A stretch of DNA of 64,000 bases from an uncultured Pseudomonadales bacterium (GTDB lineage Bacteria; Patescibacteriota; Microgenomatia; UBA1400; RBG-16-45-19): assembly GCA_964441155.1 (NCBI GenBank), contig CAYYKL010000001.1, forward strand, positions 88,393 through 152,392, in the 5' to 3' direction. The position numbers and the translations under genes were made by a program. The notes under the pieces were generated by a model. That model had not been told where the DNA came from and ran no database searches. It saw nothing but the letters and a program-made list of their open reading frames with translations. Within the stretch, counting starts at the first letter, position 1; every line of letters begins with the position of its first letter. Shown piece by piece: positions 40,362-49,758 of this stretch.

Positions 40362-41512
40362 CACATTTCACTTTCTACTTTGTTGGCTATGGAATCCCAA
40401 GAGTATTGATCTTTTACGAGTTTTTGGGCTTTTTTGATCAGAGATTGCTTCAACTCTGTCTCATTAAACAGTTTTTCAATTGCCAAAGCTAATTGCTTCG
40501 GATCATTTGGTTCCACCAATAACCCAGTTTCTCGGTGGGTTATAAAGTCTGGAATCCCGCCAACTGGCGTAGCTATTACAGGGACCCCCGCTGCCATTGC
40601 CTCAATGAAAGCAACACCAAATCCTTCAAATCTTGACGGACGGACAAACAAATGTGCTTGCGCAAGCAATTCGGGAATCTGTTTATTTTCAACTCGCCCA
40701 AGTAAGGAAATTTGTTTGTCTAATTTGAGATTTGAAATTTGTCGTTTGAGATTTTTCCTCTCCTGTCCTTCTCCCGCAATTATGAGTCGCCACTTCAATT
40801 CTTCGGGCAACAAAGCCACTGCTTCAATAAGCGTATCCATTCCATTTCGAGGAATCAGTGATGAGGTGGACACTATAGTAAATATACTGTTTCCAATTTT
40901 ATTCTTTTTCATGTCACTCCGAATCTCAAACTCTTTTACATTGACTCCATTCGGAATAACCACCACGCGCTTGCCGCCCGTTTTTTTTGTTTCTGTGGCG
41001 GAGTATGCACTCACCGCTGCCAAAACATCAGCTTGAGCATACGACCAGGACAACAAAGGGGTGAGTAATTTTGGCATGAGTTTTTTGAAAAAGCTTCCCC
41101 CTCTCGTTAGCACTAATTCCTCTTCGTGCATTCTTGGGTTTTGAATGGTCACGTAGAGTGGTTTCTTGACCAATTTTTTGATAATCACACCCACAATTGC
41201 CTGAGGAAATTCTTGCTTGGCCCATAGCAAATCAAGTCGCCTTCGACTTAGATTCCAGGCGATTTGCGGTGTGCCAATAAGCACGTACGATAGACCCATC
41301 AAATTTGGAATACGCGGATAATACACAGGAATCACCGTGACACTTTTGGGCAGCAAAGATCGAATACTTGTGTCATTGCCCGTGAAAACCACCAGTTGAT
41401 GCTTCTTGCTCAATCGTTTGATAGTTTCAACCGCAGCCACTTCAGCACCTCCCAAAGCTCCCGGTTTTAAATCAGCGGCTATGCAAACAATGGAGAGACT
41501 TTGAGAAATCAT
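40340..41512 (-). CDS. GT4 glycosyltransferase
   Basis: GGAEV, IPNGV, FVRPSRFEGFGVAFIEAMAAGVPVI. Confidence 0.93.
   Translation of the reverse strand: MISQSLSIVCIAADLKPGALGGAEVAAVETIKRLSKKHQLVVFTGNDTSIRSLLPKSVTVIPVYYPRIPNLMGLSYVLIGTPQIAWNLSRRRLDLLWAKQEFPQAIVGVIIKKLVKKPLYVTIQNPRMHEEELVLTRGGSFFKKLMPKLLTPLLSWSYAQADVLAAVSAYSATETKKTGGKRVVVIPNGVNVKEFEIRSDMKKNKIGNSIFTIVSTSSLIPRNGMDTLIEAVALLPEELKWRLIIAGEGQERKNLKRQISNLKLDKQISLLGRVENKQIPELLAQAHLFVRPSRFEGFGVAFIEAMAAGVPVIATPVGGIPDFITHRETGLLVEPNDPKQLALAIEKLFNETELKQSLIKKAQKLVKDQYSWDSIANKVESEMCSLATNH
40723..40757. repeat. 7-bp tandem repeat (ATTTGAR x5) inside GT4
   Basis: atttgag atttgaa atttgtc gtttgag atttttc; encodes KNLKRQISNLK. Confidence 0.6.
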
Positions 41513-41525
41513 GAGATAGTGGCTC

Positions 41526-41690
41526 TCAGGACTCTTGTGGCATCATATTAGGAATTCCGTTTTTGATTGGATATATGCGTTTGCATTTTTTGCACACAAG
41601 CTGTTCCCCCTTGCTTAACTTTTTCAACACTACGTCTGCTAGATCGTGTGGACAAGCTAGAATTTTTAGTAACTGCGGATCAAGTGGCAT
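41526..41690 (-). CDS. Trm112/YcaR family zinc-ribbon micro-protein (54 aa)
   Basis: Below track cutoff. Manual translation MPLDPQLLKILACPHDLADVVLKKLSKGEQLVCKKCKRIYPIKNGIPNMMPQES; AAGGA upstream; fills the operon gap. Confidence 0.9.
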   Translation of the reverse strand: MPLDPQLLKILACPHDLADVVLKKLSKGEQLVCKKCKRIYPIKNGIPNMMPQES

Positions 41691-41709
41691 AAGCATTCCT
41701 TCTTTCTAA

Positions 41710-42726
41710 TTAGTGTAACAAAGACTCATAAACATTGTGCGTCTGGTTGACTACCTTATCCCACGAATAGTTGCGCTTGACCGTGGCATACCCATTGATT
41801 CCAAGTCTTTTTGCTTTAAGTGGAGATTGGAGCAGCTTGAGTAGTTCTTGTGCTAAAGATTGAGGATTACCAGGCTCAACAAGGTAGCCATTAACACCGT
41901 GCTTCACCATCTGCGGGTTATCTCCAACGCGAGTTACTACAACCGGCAGCTTGGCTGCCCAAGCCTCAAGCAAGGTTATTGGCTGTCCTTCGGCATATGA
42001 GGGCAAACAAAAAACCCAAGCTTGCTTGTATGCTTTAACCAGCGACTTTCCCGACAACCTGCCTCCAGTCACCAGGTTTAGTTTGGTGTTCGGCAATTGA
42101 ACTTTAATGATCTCAAAGGCCTGCTGCAAAACATCTAATGCTTTAAACTTGTCTCGTCGCCCTACCCAAATAATGGTGGGTTCACTAGCTTTTCGAGCAA
42201 CTACCTTGTCGTAGTCTCCCACATCTACACCATTGCGAATCACCGTAATATCATTAGTTGCCCGTTTATAGGCAAGAAACGTGGAGCTGACGGTTATCTG
42301 AGCTGAATACGCAATTCCCGTCAATAACCACCGCTCAAGTTTTCCTTTGAATGAGGAATCATTTTGGTCCATGAGATGGCTTCCATGAACTGTATGAACG
42401 ACTGGAATTTTCAACAGCACACTGGCTAATTTAGCCACAAATCCCGCATTAAATCCATGTGAATGAATAATGTCGAACGGGTTTTTGCGGTGCTTTTGGA
42501 GGATTGTTATCGGAGAAACGCACGACCACATCATTCGAGAAATAATGTTTGCGTGAGAATCATACACAATGTCTATGTCGCAACCATAATCGTTTCGCAG
42601 TCGTTTGGATATTTCACTAATATGCACTTGTCCACCACCATACACACCCTTTTTTCCTGACTTTTTATCAGGAAACCAAGCGTCAACTATCATAACAATA
42701 TGCAGCTTTTTTTGATTAAATTTCAT
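41710..42726 (-). CDS. GT4 glycosyltransferase
   Basis: GGGQVH, HTVHG, IRNGVD, FCLPSYAEGQPITLLEAWAAKLP. Confidence 0.92.
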   Translation of the reverse strand: MKFNQKKLHIVMIVDAWFPDKKSGKKGVYGGGQVHISEISKRLRNDYGCDIDIVYDSHANIISRMMWSCVSPITILQKHRKNPFDIIHSHGFNAGFVAKLASVLLKIPVVHTVHGSHLMDQNDSSFKGKLERWLLTGIAYSAQITVSSTFLAYKRATNDITVIRNGVDVGDYDKVVARKASEPTIIWVGRRDKFKALDVLQQAFEIIKVQLPNTKLNLVTGGRLSGKSLVKAYKQAWVFCLPSYAEGQPITLLEAWAAKLPVVVTRVGDNPQMVKHGVNGYLVEPGNPQSLAQELLKLLQSPLKAKRLGINGYATVKRNYSWDKVVNQTHNVYESLLH

Positions 42727-42777
42727 ACGTTAACATTTTATGCATTCTGTTGTATCGTTACTGGTAGATTGTAAACT

Positions 42778-43080
42778 ATGCCAACTCCCTTGTACCGCAC
42801 CATTTTACGCCAACTCATGCAAGAACATGATGCTGAGTTTAGCGCATTTGCTAAAGCACATGATGCCTATCAAAAACAGGGCGCCAAGCATCAGGCCAAA
42901 TTTAATGAAATTGGCTCTCCTGTGGTGGAATTTTTGCGAGAAGGTGAGCGGCGCTTGTGTGGTAAAACAGAACGGGGAACATACTCGGCTTATTCTTCAA
43001 CCTTGGCAGAAAAATATTGGAAAGAAGTTAAAGCCTTTTTCCCACTCATTGACTTCGTTGGAGCAAAAATTTCTTCATAA
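42778..43080 (+). CDS. Hypothetical soluble helical protein (100 aa)
   Basis: Fills the gap between two minus-strand genes; natural composition (ERRLCGKTERG..LAEKYW); TGgTAGATT 7 nt upstream. Confidence 0.7.
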   Translation: MPTPLYRTILRQLMQEHDAEFSAFAKAHDAYQKQGAKHQAKFNEIGSPVVEFLREGERRLCGKTERGTYSAYSSTLAEKYWKEVKAFFPLIDFVGAKISS

Positions 43081-44278
43081 TTTTCACCAACTTTTCTTTG
43101 CTAGTCACGCTTATTCGAATAAGTCGTTGCATATTAGTCATGCCAGTCCGCTTTGCTTTTTGCATGCACCAAGCCCATATCGCAACACTGACAATTGACA
43201 AACTGTTACCCAACATTCTTGGGACAGTTAGTTGAGTCATCTGACTCGTAACCAAATGCGTACCCGCTTCTAATTGATAGGCAACCAGGCCTGCATTATC
43301 CTCAGGATTTTCTAGAGTTACCGACAGGTCATTTGCTTTGACTCTCCAACCAGGAAAATACATAGTTTTTTGAATCAGTAGCGATTTTTCTGGAACAATT
43401 GCGGTAAAGGTGTTTTCCGACCAATGCTTGGGTTTATGAACTATTTTTACTGCGGCGTTTGGGCTAATTATTGTTCGATTTGGATAGTCATCAAATATAT
43501 CGCTGGCTTTTTTTTGATCAAACGTTGTTGCAATAAAGTTGCCCGAATGTTCATCTTTGATCAAAGCAGTCTGTTCAGTATAGTGGGGCAATACAAACCA
43601 CGCCGTGTTGGCACTAGCCCAAAACAAACACAAGATAAAAGGTTTTTTTAGTGATGTTTTTGCGACCGCCAGAACTCCTAACCCAAGCCCTGCGCAAAGC
43701 GCCAGCATAGCGCTTGATGCAAGTAATCCAAAGGACAACACAAGCACCAAGACCAACCCTTCTTTTGAGAGTGCTCGTGACCACCATTTAATGTTAAGTG
43801 AGTTAATTTTGACAAATCTTGAGGTTGCCCACACAAGCCAAGGCAAAGTCATCAAAGTTATAGGCAAATCACTTCCTACGAGATCAAGCGTAGCCACGAT
43901 AAGTAAAGTCGCGGTAGCGCTTGAAAACGTTAATAGCCGAGTTTTCTGAATTCTATCAATTTGATGCAATCCCCACAGAAAAAGGGCAATAATTATCAGG
44001 AGATTTGCACTTCGTGCTTGCATACCAGGTAAATCGAGTAAACCAGCGGGGATGCCGAGCCAAATCTTTACAGGATGGAGAAAGGTGAAGCGGGCATCGC
44101 CAAAGCCATTGTTTGCAAAGGTATCAAATCGGGGCGGCATGTGACCGGCAATCAGCGCTGTCAAATATTGAGTACTCTCGCTCGAATCTTTAGTGACTGT
44201 GAGGGGCTTGCTGCGTGCTTGGCTCCAAAGCATTGTCACGCTTGCCACTATTCCAACAATAACAATTATTTTCCTCAT
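43046..44278 (-). CDS. Divergent, shortened PTPS-related/YfhO-like membrane protein
   Basis: GHMPPRF..NNGFG, WFVLP, YFPGWRV, LEAGTH shared with 44386 and 51547, but only 410 aa. Confidence 0.65.
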   Translation of the reverse strand: MRKIIVIVGIVASVTMLWSQARSKPLTVTKDSSESTQYLTALIAGHMPPRFDTFANNGFGDARFTFLHPVKIWLGIPAGLLDLPGMQARSANLLIIIALFLWGLHQIDRIQKTRLLTFSSATATLLIVATLDLVGSDLPITLMTLPWLVWATSRFVKINSLNIKWWSRALSKEGLVLVLVLSFGLLASSAMLALCAGLGLGVLAVAKTSLKKPFILCLFWASANTAWFVLPHYTEQTALIKDEHSGNFIATTFDQKKASDIFDDYPNRTIISPNAAVKIVHKPKHWSENTFTAIVPEKSLLIQKTMYFPGWRVKANDLSVTLENPEDNAGLVAYQLEAGTHLVTSQMTQLTVPRMLGNSLSIVSVAIWAWCMQKAKRTGMTNMQRLIRISVTSKEKLVKIMKKFLLQRSQ

Positions 44279-44385
44279 TGTCTTTATTGTAGACCTATTC
44301 GTTGATGTTCGAGAAAAGTGAAAGCTTTTTCAGGCAGCATGACAACGACAACAATGCGTCGTTTGCGCACTTAAGAATTGCCAAT

Positions 44386-46125
44386 CTAGTTTAATATTAA
44401 ATTTTTGCGAGTCTTACCCATTTGAAAGCTTATAAAAATTAAGATCGATAAAACACTAATCAAACTAATTAAAGATGTTATTTCTGCAATTTTTTGAACA
44501 TCCGTTTTCTCCAGATCTAAAACTAGTGAATGCTGTCCAGGTGGCAAATAAACAGAAAGTAGTCCGTTATCGCCCGCAAATGATTCAATTTCTTTTCCAT
44601 CTTTATAAACTTTCCACATAGGAAAGTAGAATACTTCCAGTTGCGTTAATCCAGCAATCTCGTTTGATATTTGATGCACTTTTTTTCCTGGCCTCAAACT
44701 CTGCTGCGGAAAAATACCCTCTGCTTGACGTGCTCTAATTTCCGTCGAAGGATTTTTGGGCAGCTTGCGCACGGCAATTGGCAAGGATTCAAGTGATATT
44801 TCAGTAGAGCCATAATAATCGGTATTCGTTAAAATTGTTTGATCATCATAAAACTTGACTTCCATAGGTCTGAGATAATTTCGACTTGCAAACGCAAAGC
44901 TAATCAGAAGCATTATGACTACTAAGTTTCTTGAAATTTTGGTTGCAAATTGACTAACTAGCCAAGCTGTCAGCCAAGACAAACTAACTGCAGGCAACAA
45001 TAACCATCTCCAGGGATACTGAGTCTTGCTTAGCAAAGGCATGTGATTCCATAAAAGCATTGACCAATCCAAACTCATTGTCATTCCAAAAACTGTTATC
45101 CCAAGCATGGTAAGTGCAAGCCAAAAGAGTTTCTTCTTTTTCCAATTTAGCCCGATAACAGCAAGTGCGACAAACAACACCAACCAGTGTGCCAATCCCA
45201 TTTGAAAAGACATACCATCGCTCGTTCCAGCACTTGAGTAACCATACCCCCAAGGCGAATAGAGCAATTGTCTCAAGGTCACAAAATGATCCGTGGCCTG
45301 AACAGTCGGCTGATGACCCATGCGCACAAAAGCCGATTCAGTCACGACAGGCACCCAATAAAAGGCAGATAAAAGCAGCGCAAGCACACACGAGACAAGC
45401 ATCATCTGTGCTGCCTTCATCCGTTGACTGCTCGCTGCTTTTAGCACATAGAGTCCGTAAACAACCAATAATGGAAGCGCAATAAATGCAGACAATATAT
45501 GGGAAAGCAATAAGCCACTCAAACTTAGTGCGATGCAAAGAATACCCAATAAATTTCGTTGAGTAGAAATTCCAATTTTTATGCTCAACAAAGCCAAAGG
45601 CAAGAATAAAAACGCCATGATTGTTCCCAATTGTCCCGACACATACAGGCTAAGCAAATGATATGGAACGAGTAGATAGGCAATTGCACCCACAAAGGAT
45701 GGTTTCCTGTCAAAATATCTACGCAACCAAAAATACATAGCTATGATGGAAAGCGTCGTTGAAGTAATAATCGTAAGATTCAAACTAGTAGTGAGATCCC
45801 ATCCTGAAAATACGAAAATACTCGCAAAATAGTAAGGCAGTGGATAGGTGTAGTTAAAAACAGGATAGCCAAATCCATTCATCATATCCTGAGCTAATCG
45901 AACTGGAAATTGGCCGTGAGCCAGTTCACGAGTTAGATGAGAAAGCCTTATGAGATGATGTTGCCCATCATGGGTTTGGAATAGTCCTGGACCAAAAAAA
46001 TACTTAAGCACCACCAATGAAATCAATACAAGCATAACCACTGGAGCCACAGTCAGCACCCTAGAAAAAACAATTGAATTTCTTCTTCTGGCGCCGCTGA
46101 GTCTAGTTTTTTGTAGCATATGCAT
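44386..46125 (-). CDS. PTPS-related/YfhO-like GT-C membrane protein
   Basis: THDGQHHLIRL, GQFPVR..NGFGYPVFNYTYPLPYY, SAFYWVP, QYPWRWL, YFPMWKV. Confidence 0.8.
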   Translation of the reverse strand: MHMLQKTRLSGARRRNSIVFSRVLTVAPVVMLVLISLVVLKYFFGPGLFQTHDGQHHLIRLSHLTRELAHGQFPVRLAQDMMNGFGYPVFNYTYPLPYYFASIFVFSGWDLTTSLNLTIITSTTLSIIAMYFWLRRYFDRKPSFVGAIAYLLVPYHLLSLYVSGQLGTIMAFLFLPLALLSIKIGISTQRNLLGILCIALSLSGLLLSHILSAFIALPLLVVYGLYVLKAASSQRMKAAQMMLVSCVLALLLSAFYWVPVVTESAFVRMGHQPTVQATDHFVTLRQLLYSPWGYGYSSAGTSDGMSFQMGLAHWLVLFVALAVIGLNWKKKKLFWLALTMLGITVFGMTMSLDWSMLLWNHMPLLSKTQYPWRWLLLPAVSLSWLTAWLVSQFATKISRNLVVIMLLISFAFASRNYLRPMEVKFYDDQTILTNTDYYGSTEISLESLPIAVRKLPKNPSTEIRARQAEGIFPQQSLRPGKKVHQISNEIAGLTQLEVFYFPMWKVYKDGKEIESFAGDNGLLSVYLPPGQHSLVLDLEKTDVQKIAEITSLISLISVLSILIFISFQMGKTRKNLILN

Positions 46126-46128
46126 GAC

Positions 46129-47745
46129 CTAATTTTTGGGAGTTTGAGCAACAACAAACACTGGCTGACCATTGGGTAAGTCGACAGTTTCGACAACCAT
46201 AGAATCATCTGGATTAATTTCTTCTGGCGTAGCAATGTAAAGGGTATTAGCGGTACTTTCTGGCCAATTTATTTTACGTAATTCGTAATTCGCCAAAGCC
46301 CCAAATAAAAATTCTTGGGGAGTGATTCTTCGATACAGCAATGTATAAATATACGGCTGCCCATAAGCGTCAGTTATGACAACTTTATTGACGTGTCTGC
46401 CTCTGGTTTTTGCAATGGCAATAGCTTCTTTATAGCCGTATTGATGATCAAGAGCAGAACTAAGTGCATATGAATAATAATAGGCATGGATATAAGAAAC
46501 GAACTCAGCAAAAAGCACAAAAACTAGTAAGCTATGAAAAATTAATTTTGTGTTTACCTCTATTCTCGCTATTTTTGATTCTATAAATGCCCAACCGATT
46601 GCGCTAATAATCATAATCGCCGGCAACGCCAACAAACTTCTTAATGAATGAGGAACTACGTCTCCTAGAACTGCTGGAATAATTCCAATCACCACCCAGC
46701 CAATAAGAAATATTGAATAGTTTTTTCGAATTCTTTTTAATAAAAACCCCAAACCAATTAGGAAGAGTGAAAATTGAAGTTTGTAAAGCACTCCATGGCC
46801 AGATACCGAATGACGAACACTAGCAGCATCAGCTCCGCTAATCCAAAAGTTTGGCGAAAGTTGACTATAAGTATTTTGCGCCACTAACTGGAGCACTTTG
46901 GAAGGCATTTCCAAATTTCCGGATTCGTCATAAATAACCAGGCTTTCTGCCCTAGTGCCTCCTTCTCCCCAAATCAAATCTTGAGCAAGAGGCAAGCTCA
47001 AGATGATACCCAAAAGCATTGCGGGTAACCACCATTTCCATCGCCCCAGTCTTTCTCGGAAGTAAATCAATATGAATGCTGCGGTGAAAATTGGAACGAA
47101 GATTTTGGTACTGTGATACGCGTACATGCTTGCAATTAAACTAATGGCACCAAGACTATAATAGTGTGGCTTGTTAAATGCTTTTAGCAAAGCCCATACC
47201 CCAATAAGCAACAGTGTGAGAGCAATGTTGGCTTCGTATCCAGCTCTGGAGAAATGAATGTGCCATGGTGAAATTGTCGTAAAAATACTCGCTATGAGCG
47301 CGATTTTTGTTGCAGAAACAGCGGGCACGAGCATTAGTTTTTTCAAGAGCAGCTGGGATATTTTGTAAACCAAAATAACGGCAACTATTCCAGCAATTGC
47401 AGAATATACACGAATTAAATTCTCATGTAATCCAAATAGTTTAAACGGCACACTTAGAGCGTAAATAAGCAGCGGGGCTTTATAATCACCAAATGATTTA
47501 AATGAAACGGGCATGAAGTTGGCGTACTCATCACGATGCCAAGTAGCAATTCCCCAGGCGTTATAGGTAATTGCAGCTTCATCCCATGTATATCCTATGG
47601 GAACCTGGCCAAGCTTATACAGCCTTAAAAAAGCAGCAACTATCACAACAAATACAATTAAAATTGATGGAAAGCAGTTTCTCACAACATTGTTTATGTT
47701 TACCAATTTGCGAGAGTTGGGCACTATTTTTGTAGACACTGTCAA
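46129..47745 (-). CDS. GT-C fold glycosyltransferase (ArnT/PMT_2-like)
   Basis: LRLYKLG.VPIGYTWDEAAITYNA, SFGDYKAP, SPWHIHFSR; exact start uncertain. Confidence 0.85.
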   Translation of the reverse strand: MTVSTKIVPNSRKLVNINNVVRNCFPSILIVFVVIVAAFLRLYKLGQVPIGYTWDEAAITYNAWGIATWHRDEYANFMPVSFKSFGDYKAPLLIYALSVPFKLFGLHENLIRVYSAIAGIVAVILVYKISQLLLKKLMLVPAVSATKIALIASIFTTISPWHIHFSRAGYEANIALTLLLIGVWALLKAFNKPHYYSLGAISLIASMYAYHSTKIFVPIFTAAFILIYFRERLGRWKWWLPAMLLGIILSLPLAQDLIWGEGGTRAESLVIYDESGNLEMPSKVLQLVAQNTYSQLSPNFWISGADAASVRHSVSGHGVLYKLQFSLFLIGLGFLLKRIRKNYSIFLIGWVVIGIIPAVLGDVVPHSLRSLLALPAIMIISAIGWAFIESKIARIEVNTKLIFHSLLVFVLFAEFVSYIHAYYYSYALSSALDHQYGYKEAIAIAKTRGRHVNKVVITDAYGQPYIYTLLYRRITPQEFLFGALANYELRKINWPESTANTLYIATPEEINPDDSMVVETVDLPNGQPVFVVAQTPKN

Positions 47746-47911
47746 TTGTTCTTATCCATAAGCACTAGTATTCTACGATTATAGCTGGAAAATTTGAGAA
47801 TTTCTTTAAATGCCTTAATAAGGCACTATCACATGATTGCCAAAGTACAAGGCATATAACTTTTAAAAAGGTATCACGCTATTTAGTCGCATGTACTACA
47901 ATAACTTGAAT

Positions 47912-49690
47912 ATGCATGTATTAATCACAAAACAAATCCAAAAGAGCTTTAAAAAATCAGACTGGGCTTTTATCGTAATCGCCGCCAGTCTTTTATTAAT
48001 CGGAATCAGCATGAGGACACTATATCCAGGGAATTATCCCTTTGGATTCGATCAAGTGCAAATATTAGAAAACGCAAAAAAAATTCATCAGGGTAATCTA
48101 ACTCTAATTGGTCCAAGAACTGGTCCAGCGACTTTATTCACAGGCCCGTTGATTTATTATGCGACTGCATTATTCATGCCTTTTTTTGGTGAACCCTATT
48201 CTGTTGTTGTCGCCAGCTTGAGTTTCTCAATCATTACTGGTTTATTCGCGCTAATTCTTAGCATTCATTACTTTAAAGACAGACTTCTATCATTGTCGGT
48301 GACTGCAATTTGGTCACTATCACCGTTTATGATTCAGATGGACAGGATTTCTTGGAACCCGAACATCAGTATGCTTGCAGGACTACTGGTTAGTTTTCCC
48401 ATTTTTGCTCGACTACTCAACAACAAACCATTACGCTTGGGTGACGCTTTAATTGTGGGGCTAGGAGTATTTCTAGGATATCAAGCACATTTTTCGGGGT
48501 TGATATTAATTTCATATGCGCTCTTCGGCTGGTGGCTACTTCCCGCAAAAAAGTTTTACGCAGCAATAATTGTCTTTATCTCTTTTATGCTTTCATTGAT
48601 GCCCACAATACTTTTTGACATTCGTCATAATTTCTTAAATATCACTGGATTATTAGCCCTGTTTCAAGATGATAGCAAAGTTTCTTTACATGATTTTGGG
48701 TCAACTGCAGTCAACAACTTTTTCACCGTTTTCCATTTGACAGGCAGGCTTTTATGGGAACACAACAATCCACTATTCGTTGGCCTAACTGGAGTCTTTG
48801 TATTTCTTTTTGTGATTGCCTATAAGCTTTGGTCGGTTAAGCTTCGAGTCTACATTCTTTCTTGGATAGTTGGCATGCCATTTGTTTTTGTTTTTTATAA
48901 ATCAAATATTCCTGAATATTATTATCTGATACTCGTGCCTACCTTGCTATTTCTTTTGAGTTTTATCGGAAAAATTGTTTTTGAAAATCAGAATATGAAA
49001 TTGAAAATGAGTTTTTTTGTGCTGCTTGCTGCTTACTTGACTGCAGTTTCATTAACCAAATCTATCGCACCTAGCTTTACAAGTATTAAGGAAGTACGCG
49101 AAACAACATCATATGCAAAGGGCATGTTGGAAAACAATGCAAACCTCACGGTCGTATTCGACATGGAACCGATTGATAGCCTAGGCTACAAGTATCTTAT
49201 GAGAGACTATATAGATCGCTTTGCTTATTCACACACCTTACTCCACATGATCCATCCAGCATCTCCTAATGCATTCTCAGATTATCAATCAGGCAAAGCA
49301 GCTGTATGGGAAGACTTGAGAACAGATGCTAATGCTAATCACTACTTAGCAGACAGTGAATATATTATAAAAACTCCAAGGAATCTAAAGCTCTACAAAG
49401 ATATTTCTGGTTATGAGGGCTTTCCTCAAGCAGATTCACTTGCGGTGATTATGGATGGAAAAGAGCAAGCTTATCTCTTAATTCTACCCATTGCAGCAAG
49501 CGAGCCGAGCGCTCCTGAACAAGAAATAATAACTGCATGTTCGCAAGGAAAACAGCTCACCAGCAATAATCAGAAACTTAAGTGTTCACAGCATTATGCT
49601 CTTTGGTTAGAGCCTTCAAACTATAATGAAACAGCAATCATTGATTTGAGCAATATATCGCTCATAAAAGAAATGGGCTTAGACAATTAG
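47912..49690 (+). CDS. GT-C fold glycosyltransferase with soluble C-terminal extension
   Basis: FGFDQV, LIGPRTG..FTGPLIYY, RISWNPN, QAHFSG, PEYYYL; ATG 47912 follows TACAAT (track 47891). Confidence 0.8.
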   Translation: MHVLITKQIQKSFKKSDWAFIVIAASLLLIGISMRTLYPGNYPFGFDQVQILENAKKIHQGNLTLIGPRTGPATLFTGPLIYYATALFMPFFGEPYSVVVASLSFSIITGLFALILSIHYFKDRLLSLSVTAIWSLSPFMIQMDRISWNPNISMLAGLLVSFPIFARLLNNKPLRLGDALIVGLGVFLGYQAHFSGLILISYALFGWWLLPAKKFYAAIIVFISFMLSLMPTILFDIRHNFLNITGLLALFQDDSKVSLHDFGSTAVNNFFTVFHLTGRLLWEHNNPLFVGLTGVFVFLFVIAYKLWSVKLRVYILSWIVGMPFVFVFYKSNIPEYYYLILVPTLLFLLSFIGKIVFENQNMKLKMSFFVLLAAYLTAVSLTKSIAPSFTSIKEVRETTSYAKGMLENNANLTVVFDMEPIDSLGYKYLMRDYIDRFAYSHTLLHMIHPASPNAFSDYQSGKAAVWEDLRTDANANHYLADSEYIIKTPRNLKLYKDISGYEGFPQADSLAVIMDGKEQAYLLILPIAASEPSAPEQEIITACSQGKQLTSNNQKLKCSQHYALWLEPSNYNETAIIDLSNISLIKEMGLDN

Positions 49691-49758
49691 GTGCAGATTC
49701 AAATTGAAGTCTAGCGTGAAAAGTGTTCTGATATGCGTAATTACGTTTTCATCTTATA

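Noticed and set aside
40434-41036. 200-aa plus-strand ORF
   Set aside because: Antisense shadow of a clear GT4; no recognisable motifs
42740-43198. 152-aa plus-strand ORF
   Set aside because: Overlaps the more protein-like 42778-43080 ORF in another frame and runs deep into 43046(-)
44312-44364. Two small hairpins (aaaag/ctttt; aacgac/gtcgtt) in a roughly 107-nt intergenic gap
   Set aside because: Stems of 5-6 bp are expected by chance; no recognisable riboswitch or ncRNA consensus
47744-47761. ATG GAT AAG AAC AAT TGA upstream of GT-C 46129-47745 as a possible frameshift
   Set aside because: In-frame TTG/GTG starts follow, and the protein is complete from its first TM helix
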